From assembly GCA_964246775.1 (NCBI GenBank), contig CAXTSD010000001.1, positions 1 through 47,180 of the forward strand: a DNA stretch of 47,180 nt, read 5' to 3'. Shown here piece by piece: positions 6,836 to 15,676 of the stretch. A model generated the notes under the pieces. It was given only the letters and a program-made list of their open reading frames with translations. It ran no database searches and was not told the origin of the DNA. This DNA comes from an uncultured Acetobacteraceae bacterium (GTDB lineage Bacteria > Pseudomonadota > Alphaproteobacteria > Acetobacterales > Acetobacteraceae). Numbering within the stretch: the first letter of the stretch is position 1; each line of letters starts with the position of its first letter. The position numbers were made by a program, and so were the translations under genes.

Positions 6836-7903
6836 GTGACGATCGTGGTCGCGATGTCTGGTGGCGTCGACAGCAGCGTCGCCGCCGCGTTGCTGCATGA
6901 GGCGGGGCATGAGGTGATCGGCGTCACCCTGCAACTCTCCGATCATGCGCCGGCAGTCGGGCGCGCCCGCAGCTGCTGCGCCGGACGCGACGCGCTCGAT
7001 GCGCGGCAGGTTGCCGAGCATCTCGGCATCGCCCATTACGTGATCGATGGCGAGCAGCGCTTTCACGACAGCGTCGTGCAGGATTTTGCCGACAGCTATG
7101 CTCGCGGCGAGACGCCTGTGCCTTGCGTACGCTGCAACCAGGGCGTGAAATTCACTGATCTGCTCGGCTTGGCGCGCATGATGGGCGCCGAAGCGCTCGC
7201 CACGGGTCACTATGTCCGCCGGGTTGATGGAGCCGACGGGCCGGAGCTGCATCGACCGCTGGATCGCCAGCGCGACCAGAGCTGGTTCCTGTTCGCGACC
7301 ACCGCCTCGCAGCTCGCCTTCACGCGATTTCCGCTTGGCGATTTTGCCACTAAGCGATCGGTACGCGACGAGGCGCGCCGTCTCGGCCTCGCCGTCGCCG
7401 ACAAGGCCGACAGCCAGGACATCTGCTTCGTTCCGGACCGGCGCTACGCGGAGGCAGTTGGCCGGTTGCGCCCGGACGCGCTCGCGCCCGGCGACATCGT
7501 CTCCACCTCGGGCGCGGTGATGGGCCGGCACGACGGCATCGGCCGCTACACCATCGGGCAGGCGCGCGGCCTTAAGCTGGACCGGCCGGTGGACGGGCGA
7601 CCGGTCGTCGTCGGCATCGAGCCGTCGACGCGCCGGATCATCATAGGATCTCGCAACGGCGGTTCGCGCCGGCTACGGCTGCGCGAGGTCAACTGGCTGG
7701 GACGGCCCGGTACGGCGCGGGTCAGGTGCCAGGTCCGGCTACGCGCGCGTGACGAGATGCGCGATGCGGTCGTGCATCTCGATGGCGGGGCGGCGGAGGT
7801 CGAGCTCGATGCGGCGACGCTTGCCGCGCCCGGTCAGGGCTGCGTCTTCTACGACGGCGACCGGGTCTTGGGCGGTGGCTTCATCTGCCGTCAGCCCGGC
7901 TGA
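6836..7903 (+). CDS. mnmA: tRNA 2-thiouridine(34) synthase
   Basis: PP-loop motif VAMSGGVDSSVAAALL. The overall MnmA pattern is present, including catalytic Cys regions (PCVRCN, DSQDICF). Confidence 0.9.
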   Translation: MTIVVAMSGGVDSSVAAALLHEAGHEVIGVTLQLSDHAPAVGRARSCCAGRDALDARQVAEHLGIAHYVIDGEQRFHDSVVQDFADSYARGETPVPCVRCNQGVKFTDLLGLARMMGAEALATGHYVRRVDGADGPELHRPLDRQRDQSWFLFATTASQLAFTRFPLGDFATKRSVRDEARRLGLAVADKADSQDICFVPDRRYAEAVGRLRPDALAPGDIVSTSGAVMGRHDGIGRYTIGQARGLKLDRPVDGRPVVVGIEPSTRRIIIGSRNGGSRRLRLREVNWLGRPGTARVRCQVRLRARDEMRDAVVHLDGGAAEVELDAATLAAPGQGCVFYDGDRVLGGGFICRQPG

Positions 7904-8688
7904 TCCGCCTCGTCCCGCTTGGCCCCGATCAGGAATTCGTGATTGCCTTCCGGCCCGGTAATCGGGCTTTCGGTAATGCCGAGCACCCGCCAGCCGGGCA
8001 GGGCGGACCACCAGCCTTCAATGTCGTCGCACACACGCGCATGCACGGCCGAGCTACGCACGACGCCCTTCGCGCCGACATCGGCCGGCCCCGCCTCGAA
8101 CTGCGGCTTGATCAAGGCGATCGCCCAGGCGCCTGGCCGGCAAAGCGCGAGCGACGCCGGCAGCAGAGTGCGCAGGCCGATGAAGCTGGCGTCGCAGACC
8201 AGCACGTCCGCCATTTCGCCGATCTGCGACGCGACCAGATGGCGGGCATTGGTTCGCTCGTGCACGACGACGCGCTCGTCGCTGCGCAGGCGCCAGGCAA
8301 GCTGGCCGTGTCCGACATCGACCGCGTGAACACGCAACGCGCCGTTCGCCAACAGCACATCCGTGAAACCGCCCGTCGAGGCGCCGATGTCAAGAGCGAC
8401 ACGGCCGAAAGGATCGAGGCCGAAGGCGGCAAGTCCGTGCGCCAGCTTGAGACCGCCGCGGCTGACCCACGGGTGATCCTGGCCGCCGCGCAACGCAAGC
8501 GGCGCCTCCGGCGCGACCTGGTCGCCTGGCTTTGCGATCCGACGATCGCCGCTGAACACCCGCCCGGCGATGATCAGAGCCTGAGCCCTGGTCCGGCTGT
8601 CCACCAGCCCGAGTTCAACCAGGCGTTGATCGGCTCGGATTTTGCGACCTGTCGTCATCGGACACTCATCCAAGCGCCGGACAGCCAT
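7891..8688 (-). CDS. tlyA: TlyA-family rRNA 2'-O-methyltransferase (S4 domain + FtsJ-like)
   Basis: Motifs RADQRLVELGLVDSRTRAQALIIAGRV and LDIGASTGGFTDVLL. An alternative start ATG lies at 8658 (MTTGRKIRADQ). Confidence 0.85.
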   Translation of the reverse strand: MAVRRLDECPMTTGRKIRADQRLVELGLVDSRTRAQALIIAGRVFSGDRRIAKPGDQVAPEAPLALRGGQDHPWVSRGGLKLAHGLAAFGLDPFGRVALDIGASTGGFTDVLLANGALRVHAVDVGHGQLAWRLRSDERVVVHERTNARHLVASQIGEMADVLVCDASFIGLRTLLPASLALCRPGAWAIALIKPQFEAGPADVGAKGVVRSSAVHARVCDDIEGWWSALPGWRVLGITESPITGPEGNHEFLIGAKRDEADQPG

Positions 8689-8958
8689 GACCTTGATCGA
8701 TCATCGGCTTCGGCTCATCTGTCGGCACGGCACAGGCCGTTTGCCCTCAGCACGCCGTCGTTGTGTGGTTTGCGCAACAGGCTGCGGCAACCCTCGCGCC
8801 CGAGCGTCGGGTGGGAGGGCAGACGGTGCGGCGGGCGCGTTCACGCGTCATAACTGAAGCTCGCGCCGCCGCATGGAGCGCCGGTGAGGGTGCTTTACGA
8901 CAGTGAGGTTGGGCGCTCGCCCGATCTCCCGGCAGGAAGGATACTGGCATTGGTTCCC

Positions 8959-10089
8959 ATGATGCAGGTGGTGAAGGTTGGCGCCTACGTGGTGACGCAA
9001 CACCTGAAGCGCCGGGCACGCTATCCGCTGGTTCTGATGCTCGAGCCGCTGTTCCGCTGCAACCTTGCCTGCTCCGGTTGCGGGAAGATCGATTATCCGG
9101 CGCCGATCCTGAACCAGCGGCTTTCGGTCGAGGAGTGTCTTTCGGCAGTAGACGAGTGTGGCGCGCCGGTCGTCGCCATCGCCGGCGGCGAGCCGCTGCT
9201 GCATCGCGAAATGCCCGAGATCGTCGAAAAGATCCTTGCCAAGAAGAAGTTCGTGTATCTCTGCACAAACGCCTTGTTGCTTGACAAGAAGATGGATCAG
9301 TTCAAGCCGAACCCGTATTTCAGCTGGGACATCCATCTCGATGGCGACCAGGAGATGCACGACCGCGCCGTCAGTCAGGATGGCGTGTTCGAGAAGGCGG
9401 TGGCGGCGATCAAGCGGGCGAAAGCATGTGGCTTCCGCGTCTCGATAAACTGCACCCTGTTTGACGGCGCCGGCCCGAAGCGCGTCGCCGCCTTCTTCAA
9501 CGAGGTGATGGCGATGGGTGTCGACGGCATCATGACGTCGCCCGGCTACGCCTATGAGCGTGCTCCTGACCAGGCGCATTTTCTCAGCCGCCAGAAGACC
9601 AAGCAGTTGTTCCGCGACATTCTGACGCTCGGCAAGGGCCGTGGCTGGAAGTTCACCCAATCGCCGCTGTTCATGAGCTTCCTTGCTGGCAACGAGGCCT
9701 ATAAGTGCACCCCGTGGGGCAAGCCGACACGCAACGTGTTCGGCTGGCAGCGGCCCTGCTACCTGCTTGGCGAGGGCTATACGAGCACGTTCGCGGAACT
9801 GATGGCCGACACGGCGTGGGATGACTACGGCACCGGCAATTACGAGAAGTGCGCCAACTGCATGGTGCATTCCGGCTATGAGGCGACGGCCGTGGTCGAC
9901 GCCGTGAAGAGTCCGATCAAGACGATGATGACCGCCTTGCGCGGCCCGAAGCTCACCGGCGCCATGGCTCCGGAGATCGACCTGTCGAAACAGCGCCCGG
10001 CGGACTACGTGTTCAGTCAGCACGTCGAGCAGGCGATGACCAAGATCAGTCGCTCGAAGAGCGAAAAGCTGGTCGACGCGGTCGAATAG
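8959..10089 (+). CDS. hpnH: Adenosylhopane synthase, radical SAM
   Basis: Motif YPLVLMLEPLFRCNLACSGCGKIDYP (CxxxCxxC) with a conserved HpnH body. ATG 8959 is preferred over the track GTG at 8884 because homologs begin close to the VGAYVV segment. Confidence 0.9.
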   Translation: MMQVVKVGAYVVTQHLKRRARYPLVLMLEPLFRCNLACSGCGKIDYPAPILNQRLSVEECLSAVDECGAPVVAIAGGEPLLHREMPEIVEKILAKKKFVYLCTNALLLDKKMDQFKPNPYFSWDIHLDGDQEMHDRAVSQDGVFEKAVAAIKRAKACGFRVSINCTLFDGAGPKRVAAFFNEVMAMGVDGIMTSPGYAYERAPDQAHFLSRQKTKQLFRDILTLGKGRGWKFTQSPLFMSFLAGNEAYKCTPWGKPTRNVFGWQRPCYLLGEGYTSTFAELMADTAWDDYGTGNYEKCANCMVHSGYEATAVVDAVKSPIKTMMTALRGPKLTGAMAPEIDLSKQRPADYVFSQHVEQAMTKISRSKSEKLVDAVE

Positions 10090-10108
10090 CCAGCGCGGCG
10101 GTCTGCGA

Positions 10109-11296
10109 TCAGGTTCGCACGGCCGCCAGTCCGGCTTCGGCCGCGCGTTTGCTCGGCTTTCCACGCGGTGCAGGCTTTTCGGCTTTGGCGGGGGATGCGG
10201 TCACACCCGCCAGCTTGCGCTCGAGGAATGCGGTGACCGCGATCTCCTCCGCGCTCAGACCGTGATTTGCATGTTTGACGTCGGACAGAACGGCTTCGGC
10301 TCTATCGGCCAAGCCTTCGATCAGCGAGCCGTCGAGATAGCCTTCGAAGATCGCCGGATGGATGTAGCATTTCCGGCAGATCGCCGGCGTGTTGCCGAGC
10401 AGCTTGGCGACACTCTCGATCGCCCGCAAGACGTTCTTCTTGGCCTTGGTCTGGCTGTCGAAGACTTCAAGTTCGCGAAGCGCGAGGGCGGCCAAATTCG
10501 TCGCCGCCCAGGTTCGGAAATCCTTCGCGGTGATCGCCTCGCCGGTGACCTCATGCAGGTAGGCGTTTACGTCGTCCGACCCGACCGTGTGATGGCCGCC
10601 ATCATGATCCAGGAATTGAAACAACTCCTGACCGGGGAGGTCTTCCAGCTTCTTCACGATGCCTGACAGCCGGCGATCATTGAACTCGACGTGACGCTCG
10701 ATGCCGTGCTTGGCTCGAAAATCCAGGGTGACCTTGTTGCCGGCGACCTTGACATGACGATGCCGCAGGGTTGTCAGCCCGAAACTGTTGTTGGTGCGCG
10801 CGTATTCCTCGTTGCCGATGCGCGCGAGGGTTCGTTCGAGCAGGCGCACGACAGCCGCAACAACCTTGCGGCGGGGCATTCCCGGCAAGCCAAGGTCATG
10901 ATCGACCTGCTTGCGGATACGCGGCAGTTGCTGGCCGAATATCAGCATCTTGCCATATTTCGCCTCGTCGCGGATCTCTCGCCAGCGTGGATGGTAGCGA
11001 TACTGCTTGCGCCCCCGCGCGTCGCGTCCCGACGCCTGCAAATGGCCGTTCGGATCGCGGCAGATCCAGACATCCGTGTAGGCCGGCGGGATCGCGAGCT
11101 TGCGTATGCGGGCGATCGTCGCCTCGTCGGTGATCAGCGCGCCGCGCGCATCGCGATAGGCGAAACCCTCAGTCGCCGGCTCGCGGGTGATGCCTGGACG
11201 ATCGTCGTGGACGTAGTGCAGATGGGCGGCACGCGCAGCGCTCTCCGCATCGAGCGGTTGGTCCTGGTGTTGCTCGCCCTGCTGCCTGGCCTGCAT
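10109..11296 (-). CDS. DNA topoisomerase IB (bacterial/poxvirus-like type)
   Basis: N-terminal motif LHYVHDDRPGITRE and the C-terminal catalytic Tyr context ICRKCYIHPAI. Length 395 aa. Confidence 0.85.
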   Translation of the reverse strand: MQARQQGEQHQDQPLDAESAARAAHLHYVHDDRPGITREPATEGFAYRDARGALITDEATIARIRKLAIPPAYTDVWICRDPNGHLQASGRDARGRKQYRYHPRWREIRDEAKYGKMLIFGQQLPRIRKQVDHDLGLPGMPRRKVVAAVVRLLERTLARIGNEEYARTNNSFGLTTLRHRHVKVAGNKVTLDFRAKHGIERHVEFNDRRLSGIVKKLEDLPGQELFQFLDHDGGHHTVGSDDVNAYLHEVTGEAITAKDFRTWAATNLAALALRELEVFDSQTKAKKNVLRAIESVAKLLGNTPAICRKCYIHPAIFEGYLDGSLIEGLADRAEAVLSDVKHANHGLSAEEIAVTAFLERKLAGVTASPAKAEKPAPRGKPSKRAAEAGLAAVRT

Positions 11297-11394
11297 CTGC
11301 TTCGCTCTCTGCTCGGATTGTCCGATTGCCGGACCACAACCGCGAGACGGCGGAGCGGTTGCGCTCGGTTCACTGCCGTCGCTGCGACGACAGG

Positions 11395-13863
11395 TCAGTC
11401 GTCGTCGCTGGTCCGGCGGGTTAGCACCTCGCGCCGGCCGACGTGGTTTGCCGCACTGATGACACCCTCCTTCTCCATCTGTTCGATCAGCTTGGCCGCG
11501 CGGTTGTAGCCGATCGACAGGTGGCGCTGGATAAAGCTGGTGCTTGCCTTGCCCTCCCGTGAGACCAGTGCAACCGCCTGATCAAACAAGCCCTTCTCGC
11601 CCTCAGACGCGCCGGCGATGCCGGACAGCGCCGGACCGTCATCATCGTCCGGCGTTTCCGTCACCTCCTCGACATAGGCCGGCTCACCTTGCTCGCGCAA
11701 AAACGCGACGACGTCCTCGACTTCGCGGTCGGTGACGAACGGTCCATGCACGCGAGCGATGCGGCCGCCGCCAACCATGTGCAGCAGGTCGCCCTGACCG
11801 AGCAACTGCTCGGCGCCCTGCTCGCCGAGAATGGTCCGGCTGTCGAACTTGCTGATGACCTGGAAGCTGATCCGGGTAGGAAAATTGGCCTTGATCGTGC
11901 CGGTGATCACATCCACCGAGGGCCGCTGCGTCGCCATGATGACGTGAATGCCGGCCGCGCGCGCCATTTGCGCCAGGCGTTGCACGGTAGTCTCGATTTC
12001 CTTGCCGGCGACCATCATCAGGTCGGCCATCTCGTCGATCACCACCACGATGAACGGCAGCGTCTCCAATGCGAGCGGCTGATCCTCGAAGATCGGCTTG
12101 CCGGTTTCGCCGTCGAACCCGGTCTGCACCCGGCGGGTCACGATCTCCCCGGCGGCGCGGGCGGCGGCGACACGCTCGTTATAGCCGCCGATATTGCGTA
12201 CGCTGAGCTGGCTCATTGCGCGATAGCGGCGCTCCATCTCGCGAACCGTCCACTTCAAGGCGGTGACGGCCTTGGCAGGTTCGGTCACGACCGGCGCCAT
12301 CAGATGCGGAATGCCCTCGTAGACGGACAGCTCCAGCATCTTGGGATCGATCAGGATCAGCCGGCACTGGTCAGGCGAAAGGCGATAGAGCAGCGACAGG
12401 ATCATCGCATTAACCCCGACCGACTTGCCCGAGCCGGTCGTGCCGGCGATCAGCAGATGCGGCATGCGAGCCAGATCGGCCACGACCGGAGCGCCGCTGA
12501 TGTCCTTGCCGAGAGCCAGAGTGAGGCGGCCGGGATTGCGGGTCCATTCCTCGGTGCCGAGCAGTTCGGAGAGGAAGACCGTCTCTCGCCTGGCGTTCGG
12601 CACCTCGATGCCGATGACGTTGCGACCAGGCACGGTGGCGATGCGAACGGCGGTCACCGAGAGGCTGCGGGCAACGTCGTCGGCAAGTCCGATGACGCGC
12701 GCCGAGCGGATGCCGGGCGCCGGCTCCAACTCATAGAGAGTGACAACCGGGCCCGGCCTGATCTCGCGTATTGTGCCCTGGACGCCGTAATCGCCGAGCA
12801 CGGATTCGAGCAGGCGAGCATTGCTCTCGAGCGACTCTTTGCTCGGGCCGCCGCTGCTGCGGACCGGTGCGGCCGTGAGCAGAGCGAGCGGCGGGAAAAT
12901 CCAGCCATCCTCGGGCAAGGCGAGACTCTGCTGGCGCGCTGCCGGCGGCGCTGCACGACGGACGGCGACGGGAATGCGCAGCCGGGAACTCGCCGCCTCT
13001 GTTGTCGCCGGCTCGACCTGCGGCTTGCCCGGCAAAGCGGCTGCCGGGAGTGTCCGCAGTCCAATCGCGGGGTTGGGTATCGCCGGCGCACCCAGAGCCC
13101 GCGCCCGGAGCGGCGGCAGCTCCGGCGCGCTCTGCTCGTCCATCGGACGATTGAGGCTCGGCAGCGACTCGCTGAGCCGGCCGACGAATTGGGTCACGCG
13201 ACGCCGCTGCTCGAGCGACCGCCGCGCGGCGATGCCTGCACCGCGCCCGGCGTCACGCCAATCGCCGATGGTCAGCCCGAGACAGACCAGGGTGCAGACC
13301 AATCCGAGTGCTGCCGCAAGCAGGCATGCAGATGCGGCACCTGAAGCACCGGCGAGCGGCCTTGCGAAGCCGAGCAGCTTGGCGGCAAGCATCGATCCGG
13401 CGGCGCCACCGAGACCGGCCGAAGTCGGGAAGGCAGGAATGTGCAGAGCGACGGCGGGCAGCAAAGCCGGCGCCGCCGCCAGCGACAGCGACAGCAGCGG
13501 CAGAGCGCACAGCAGCGCGCCGAGACGCAAGCTGAGGCGGCCGAGACCGCCGCGCCTGGCGATCCGCCAGGCCCAGGCCAGGAGAGCGAGCGCGGGCAGG
13601 CACCCCGCCAGACCAAAACCCTGCAGCAGCACATCGGCTAGCAACGCTCCTGGCGCGCCTGCCAGGTTGGTGGGAGCGAGTGTCGTCGCGGTGTCGAAGG
13701 ACGGGTCACGAGGATTGTAGGTTGCGAGCGCCAGCATCAAGGCGATGCCGGCTAGGCAGAGCGCCAGTCCGAGCAGCTCGCTCAGCCGCCGCCCGGCGAG
13801 CGCGCGCAGGCTGGGGGAGGCAAATCGCCGAGGTTCGGGGTGGCTTTGGGCAGCGGCGGACAT
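11395..13863 (-). CDS. ftsK: DNA translocase FtsK
   Basis: N-terminal TM helices, Walker A motif AGTTGSGKSVGVN, VVVIDEMADLMM, and a C-terminal gamma winged helix (SFIQRHLSIGYNRAAKLIEQME). Start set at ATG 13863 (MSAAAQ...); the track ORF extends spuriously to 14136. Confidence 0.9.
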   Translation of the reverse strand: MSAAAQSHPEPRRFASPSLRALAGRRLSELLGLALCLAGIALMLALATYNPRDPSFDTATTLAPTNLAGAPGALLADVLLQGFGLAGCLPALALLAWAWRIARRGGLGRLSLRLGALLCALPLLSLSLAAAPALLPAVALHIPAFPTSAGLGGAAGSMLAAKLLGFARPLAGASGAASACLLAAALGLVCTLVCLGLTIGDWRDAGRGAGIAARRSLEQRRRVTQFVGRLSESLPSLNRPMDEQSAPELPPLRARALGAPAIPNPAIGLRTLPAAALPGKPQVEPATTEAASSRLRIPVAVRRAAPPAARQQSLALPEDGWIFPPLALLTAAPVRSSGGPSKESLESNARLLESVLGDYGVQGTIREIRPGPVVTLYELEPAPGIRSARVIGLADDVARSLSVTAVRIATVPGRNVIGIEVPNARRETVFLSELLGTEEWTRNPGRLTLALGKDISGAPVVADLARMPHLLIAGTTGSGKSVGVNAMILSLLYRLSPDQCRLILIDPKMLELSVYEGIPHLMAPVVTEPAKAVTALKWTVREMERRYRAMSQLSVRNIGGYNERVAAARAAGEIVTRRVQTGFDGETGKPIFEDQPLALETLPFIVVVIDEMADLMMVAGKEIETTVQRLAQMARAAGIHVIMATQRPSVDVITGTIKANFPTRISFQVISKFDSRTILGEQGAEQLLGQGDLLHMVGGGRIARVHGPFVTDREVEDVVAFLREQGEPAYVEEVTETPDDDDGPALSGIAGASEGEKGLFDQAVALVSREGKASTSFIQRHLSIGYNRAAKLIEQMEKEGVISAANHVGRREVLTRRTSDDD

Positions 13864-13945
13864 GATCGCTCCGACAAGTCGCGTTGGCACGCTCGGCTCG
13901 TGTGACGCACGAACGTTATGCCACAAGGAGCTGTGTCGCGAAGCA

Positions 13946-14620
13946 TTACATCTCTCGCGCCCGGAACAGGCCCTGGGCGAGCCCAGGCAACAGCCGATAG
14001 ATGACGACCTCGCGTTCCTCGCGGTCTTCGAGTTCGAGGCTGGTCGGCACGGTGAAGCGGGCGAGTGGTTCGAGCCCGGCCTGAGGCAGGTAGGCGCGAC
14101 CGGGATCGGCGACCCACACCTCGGCGGTCTGCGCAAGTCGGCGCAGCCAGGGCAGTATGTGGCGGGTCATCGGCGCCTCGTAGCAAACGTCGCCACACAG
14201 AACGATGTCCCAACGGCAGTCGCTGCCGACCAGGTCGCCTTCGAGGACCTCGACAACAGCCCCGTTTGCCGCCGCGTTCAGTCGGATTGCGGCTTGGGCG
14301 AGCCGATCGATCTCCGCCGCCTCGACGCGGCTCGCGCCGGCGCGGTGCGCGGCGCAGGCGGCAAGCCCGCAACCGGCGGCAAAGTCGAGGACGCGTCGTC
14401 CGGCGATCCTCGAGGGATTGTCAAGGATCAGCCGCGCCAGCGCCTGCCCGCCTGGCCAGGCGAACGCCCAGAACGGCGGCTCGATATTCGCCTGACGCAG
14501 CGCGAGCTCCGACGCCTGCCAGATCGGCGTGATCTCGGTCGCAAGTTGCAAGGTGAACTCGGGCACCAAGGCCGCACGCTCCGGCCGAGTGTTCTCAAGC
14601 ACAAAGGCGGCGGCGTCCAT
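13946..14620 (-). CDS. Class I SAM-dependent methyltransferase (COG3897 / PrmA-like)
   Basis: SAM motif RVLDFAAGCGLAACAA and acidic loop EAAEID. The ATG at 14620..14618 overlaps the ubiA stop (TGATG). The upstream 220 aa of the track ORF overlap ubiA out of frame. Confidence 0.75.
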   Translation of the reverse strand: MDAAAFVLENTRPERAALVPEFTLQLATEITPIWQASELALRQANIEPPFWAFAWPGGQALARLILDNPSRIAGRRVLDFAAGCGLAACAAHRAGASRVEAAEIDRLAQAAIRLNAAANGAVVEVLEGDLVGSDCRWDIVLCGDVCYEAPMTRHILPWLRRLAQTAEVWVADPGRAYLPQAGLEPLARFTVPTSLELEDREEREVVIYRLLPGLAQGLFRAREM

Positions 14621-15570
14621 CAGAGCAGTCCAGCCAGCAGCGAGCCGGCAATCGCGACCCCGGTCTCCCGATTTGAGCGAAACAGCGTGAGGCAGCCTGC
14701 GGCATTGGCGATGTTGAGGCGGACGACCTGGCGAGCCAGCAGCGCAAGCGGCACCGGGAGCGTCAGCCAGAACCAGATCGACAGTCCGGCGAGCAGGCCC
14801 GCAAATGCGATGCCGAGGGCGACCACGGCGTAGCAGAAGGCGAGGAACGACCGCGGCGCGTGAGCGAAGCGCCGTGAGGTGGAGCGGATGCCGACGACGG
14901 CGTCGTCCTCGATGTCCTGGAAGCCATATATCGTGTCGAAGCCGAGATCCCAGGCGATGGCGGCAGTGTAGAGGAAGAGGCCCGGCAAGCCCGGCTTGCC
15001 GGTCGCGGCGATCCAGCCGAGCCAGGCACCGTAGCCGAAGGTGAAGCCGAGCACGAGTTGCGGGTACCAGGTGACCCGCTTGGCCGCGGGATACAGCCCG
15101 ACCAGGATGAGGGATGACGCGCCCCAAAGCTGGGCCGGGCGATCGAGCTGAAGCAGGATCACGAGGCCGGCGAGCAGCAGCACGCCGAGCAGCGCCACGG
15201 CTTGCCGCATGCGCAAGGCTCCCGAGGCGAGCGGGCGCATGGCGGTGCGCGCAACCAGCCGATCCAGCCGACGATCCCACATGTCATTCACGACGCAGCC
15301 CGCCGAGCGCATGACCAGGCTGCCGATGCCGAACAGCAGGATCAGCCGCAGCGACGCGGCGAGAGGGACAGGCGAGACCGCGCGAGCCAGCAGAATGGCC
15401 CAGAGTCCTGGCAGGAACAGCAGCCAGGAACCGATCGGCTTATCGAGCCGCATCAGTTGAAAATAGGGCATCCATCGGAGAACCATGGACGCAGGGCCTA
15501 GTGTCCGACCGCGCGGGAGCGTGATCCATCTCGGATCAGGCTTTTGCGCGTGTATCGGCGACGCGGACAA
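14620..15570 (-). CDS. ubiA: 4-hydroxybenzoate polyprenyltransferase
   Basis: Motifs LMRLDKPIGSWLL and NDMWDRRLDRLVARTAMRPLASG, with multiple TM segments. The start is uncertain: TTG at 15570 or ATG at 15486. Confidence 0.85.
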   Translation of the reverse strand: MSASPIHAQKPDPRWITLPRGRTLGPASMVLRWMPYFQLMRLDKPIGSWLLFLPGLWAILLARAVSPVPLAASLRLILLFGIGSLVMRSAGCVVNDMWDRRLDRLVARTAMRPLASGALRMRQAVALLGVLLLAGLVILLQLDRPAQLWGASSLILVGLYPAAKRVTWYPQLVLGFTFGYGAWLGWIAATGKPGLPGLFLYTAAIAWDLGFDTIYGFQDIEDDAVVGIRSTSRRFAHAPRSFLAFCYAVVALGIAFAGLLAGLSIWFWLTLPVPLALLARQVVRLNIANAAGCLTLFRSNRETGVAIAGSLLAGLL

Positions 15571-15578
15571 ACAGCGGC

Positions 15579-15605
15579 GCGCCAGCTTGCCATAAAAGCT
15601 GGCGC
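15579..15605. promoter_or_regulatory. Perfect 10-bp inverted repeat (GCGCCAGCTT-N7-AAGCTGGCGC) in the ubiA/rsmE divergent region
   Basis: The arms 15579..15588 and 15596..15605 are exact reverse complements, with loop GCCATAA. No terminator is expected here because both flanking genes point away from the site. Confidence 0.3.
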
Positions 15606-15676
15606 TAGAGGGTGCGACATGCGCGGTGGACGGAGACCATCGCTGCTATCTCACGTGCGACTGGCGCGGGGTCAAC

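Noticed and set aside
8848-10164. A 438-aa ORF antisense to hpnH. Similar long antisense ORFs occur at 21339..23015 versus dxs, 11689..13344 versus ftsK, 16653..17813 versus gshA, 41862..43016 versus rfbB, 37930..38976 versus hpnA, and 30052..31329 versus the SCO-like gene and hpnG.
   Set aside because: Their translations are Arg/Ala/Gly/His-rich with no recognisable motifs, whereas the opposite strand carries unmistakable family signatures. This is a typical antisense open-frame artefact of high-GC codon bias.
10109-11296. Topoisomerase IB as a remnant of a phage or other mobile element.
   Set aside because: There is no flanking integrase, transposase, repeat or compositional break. The neighbours are core genes (hpnH, ftsK).
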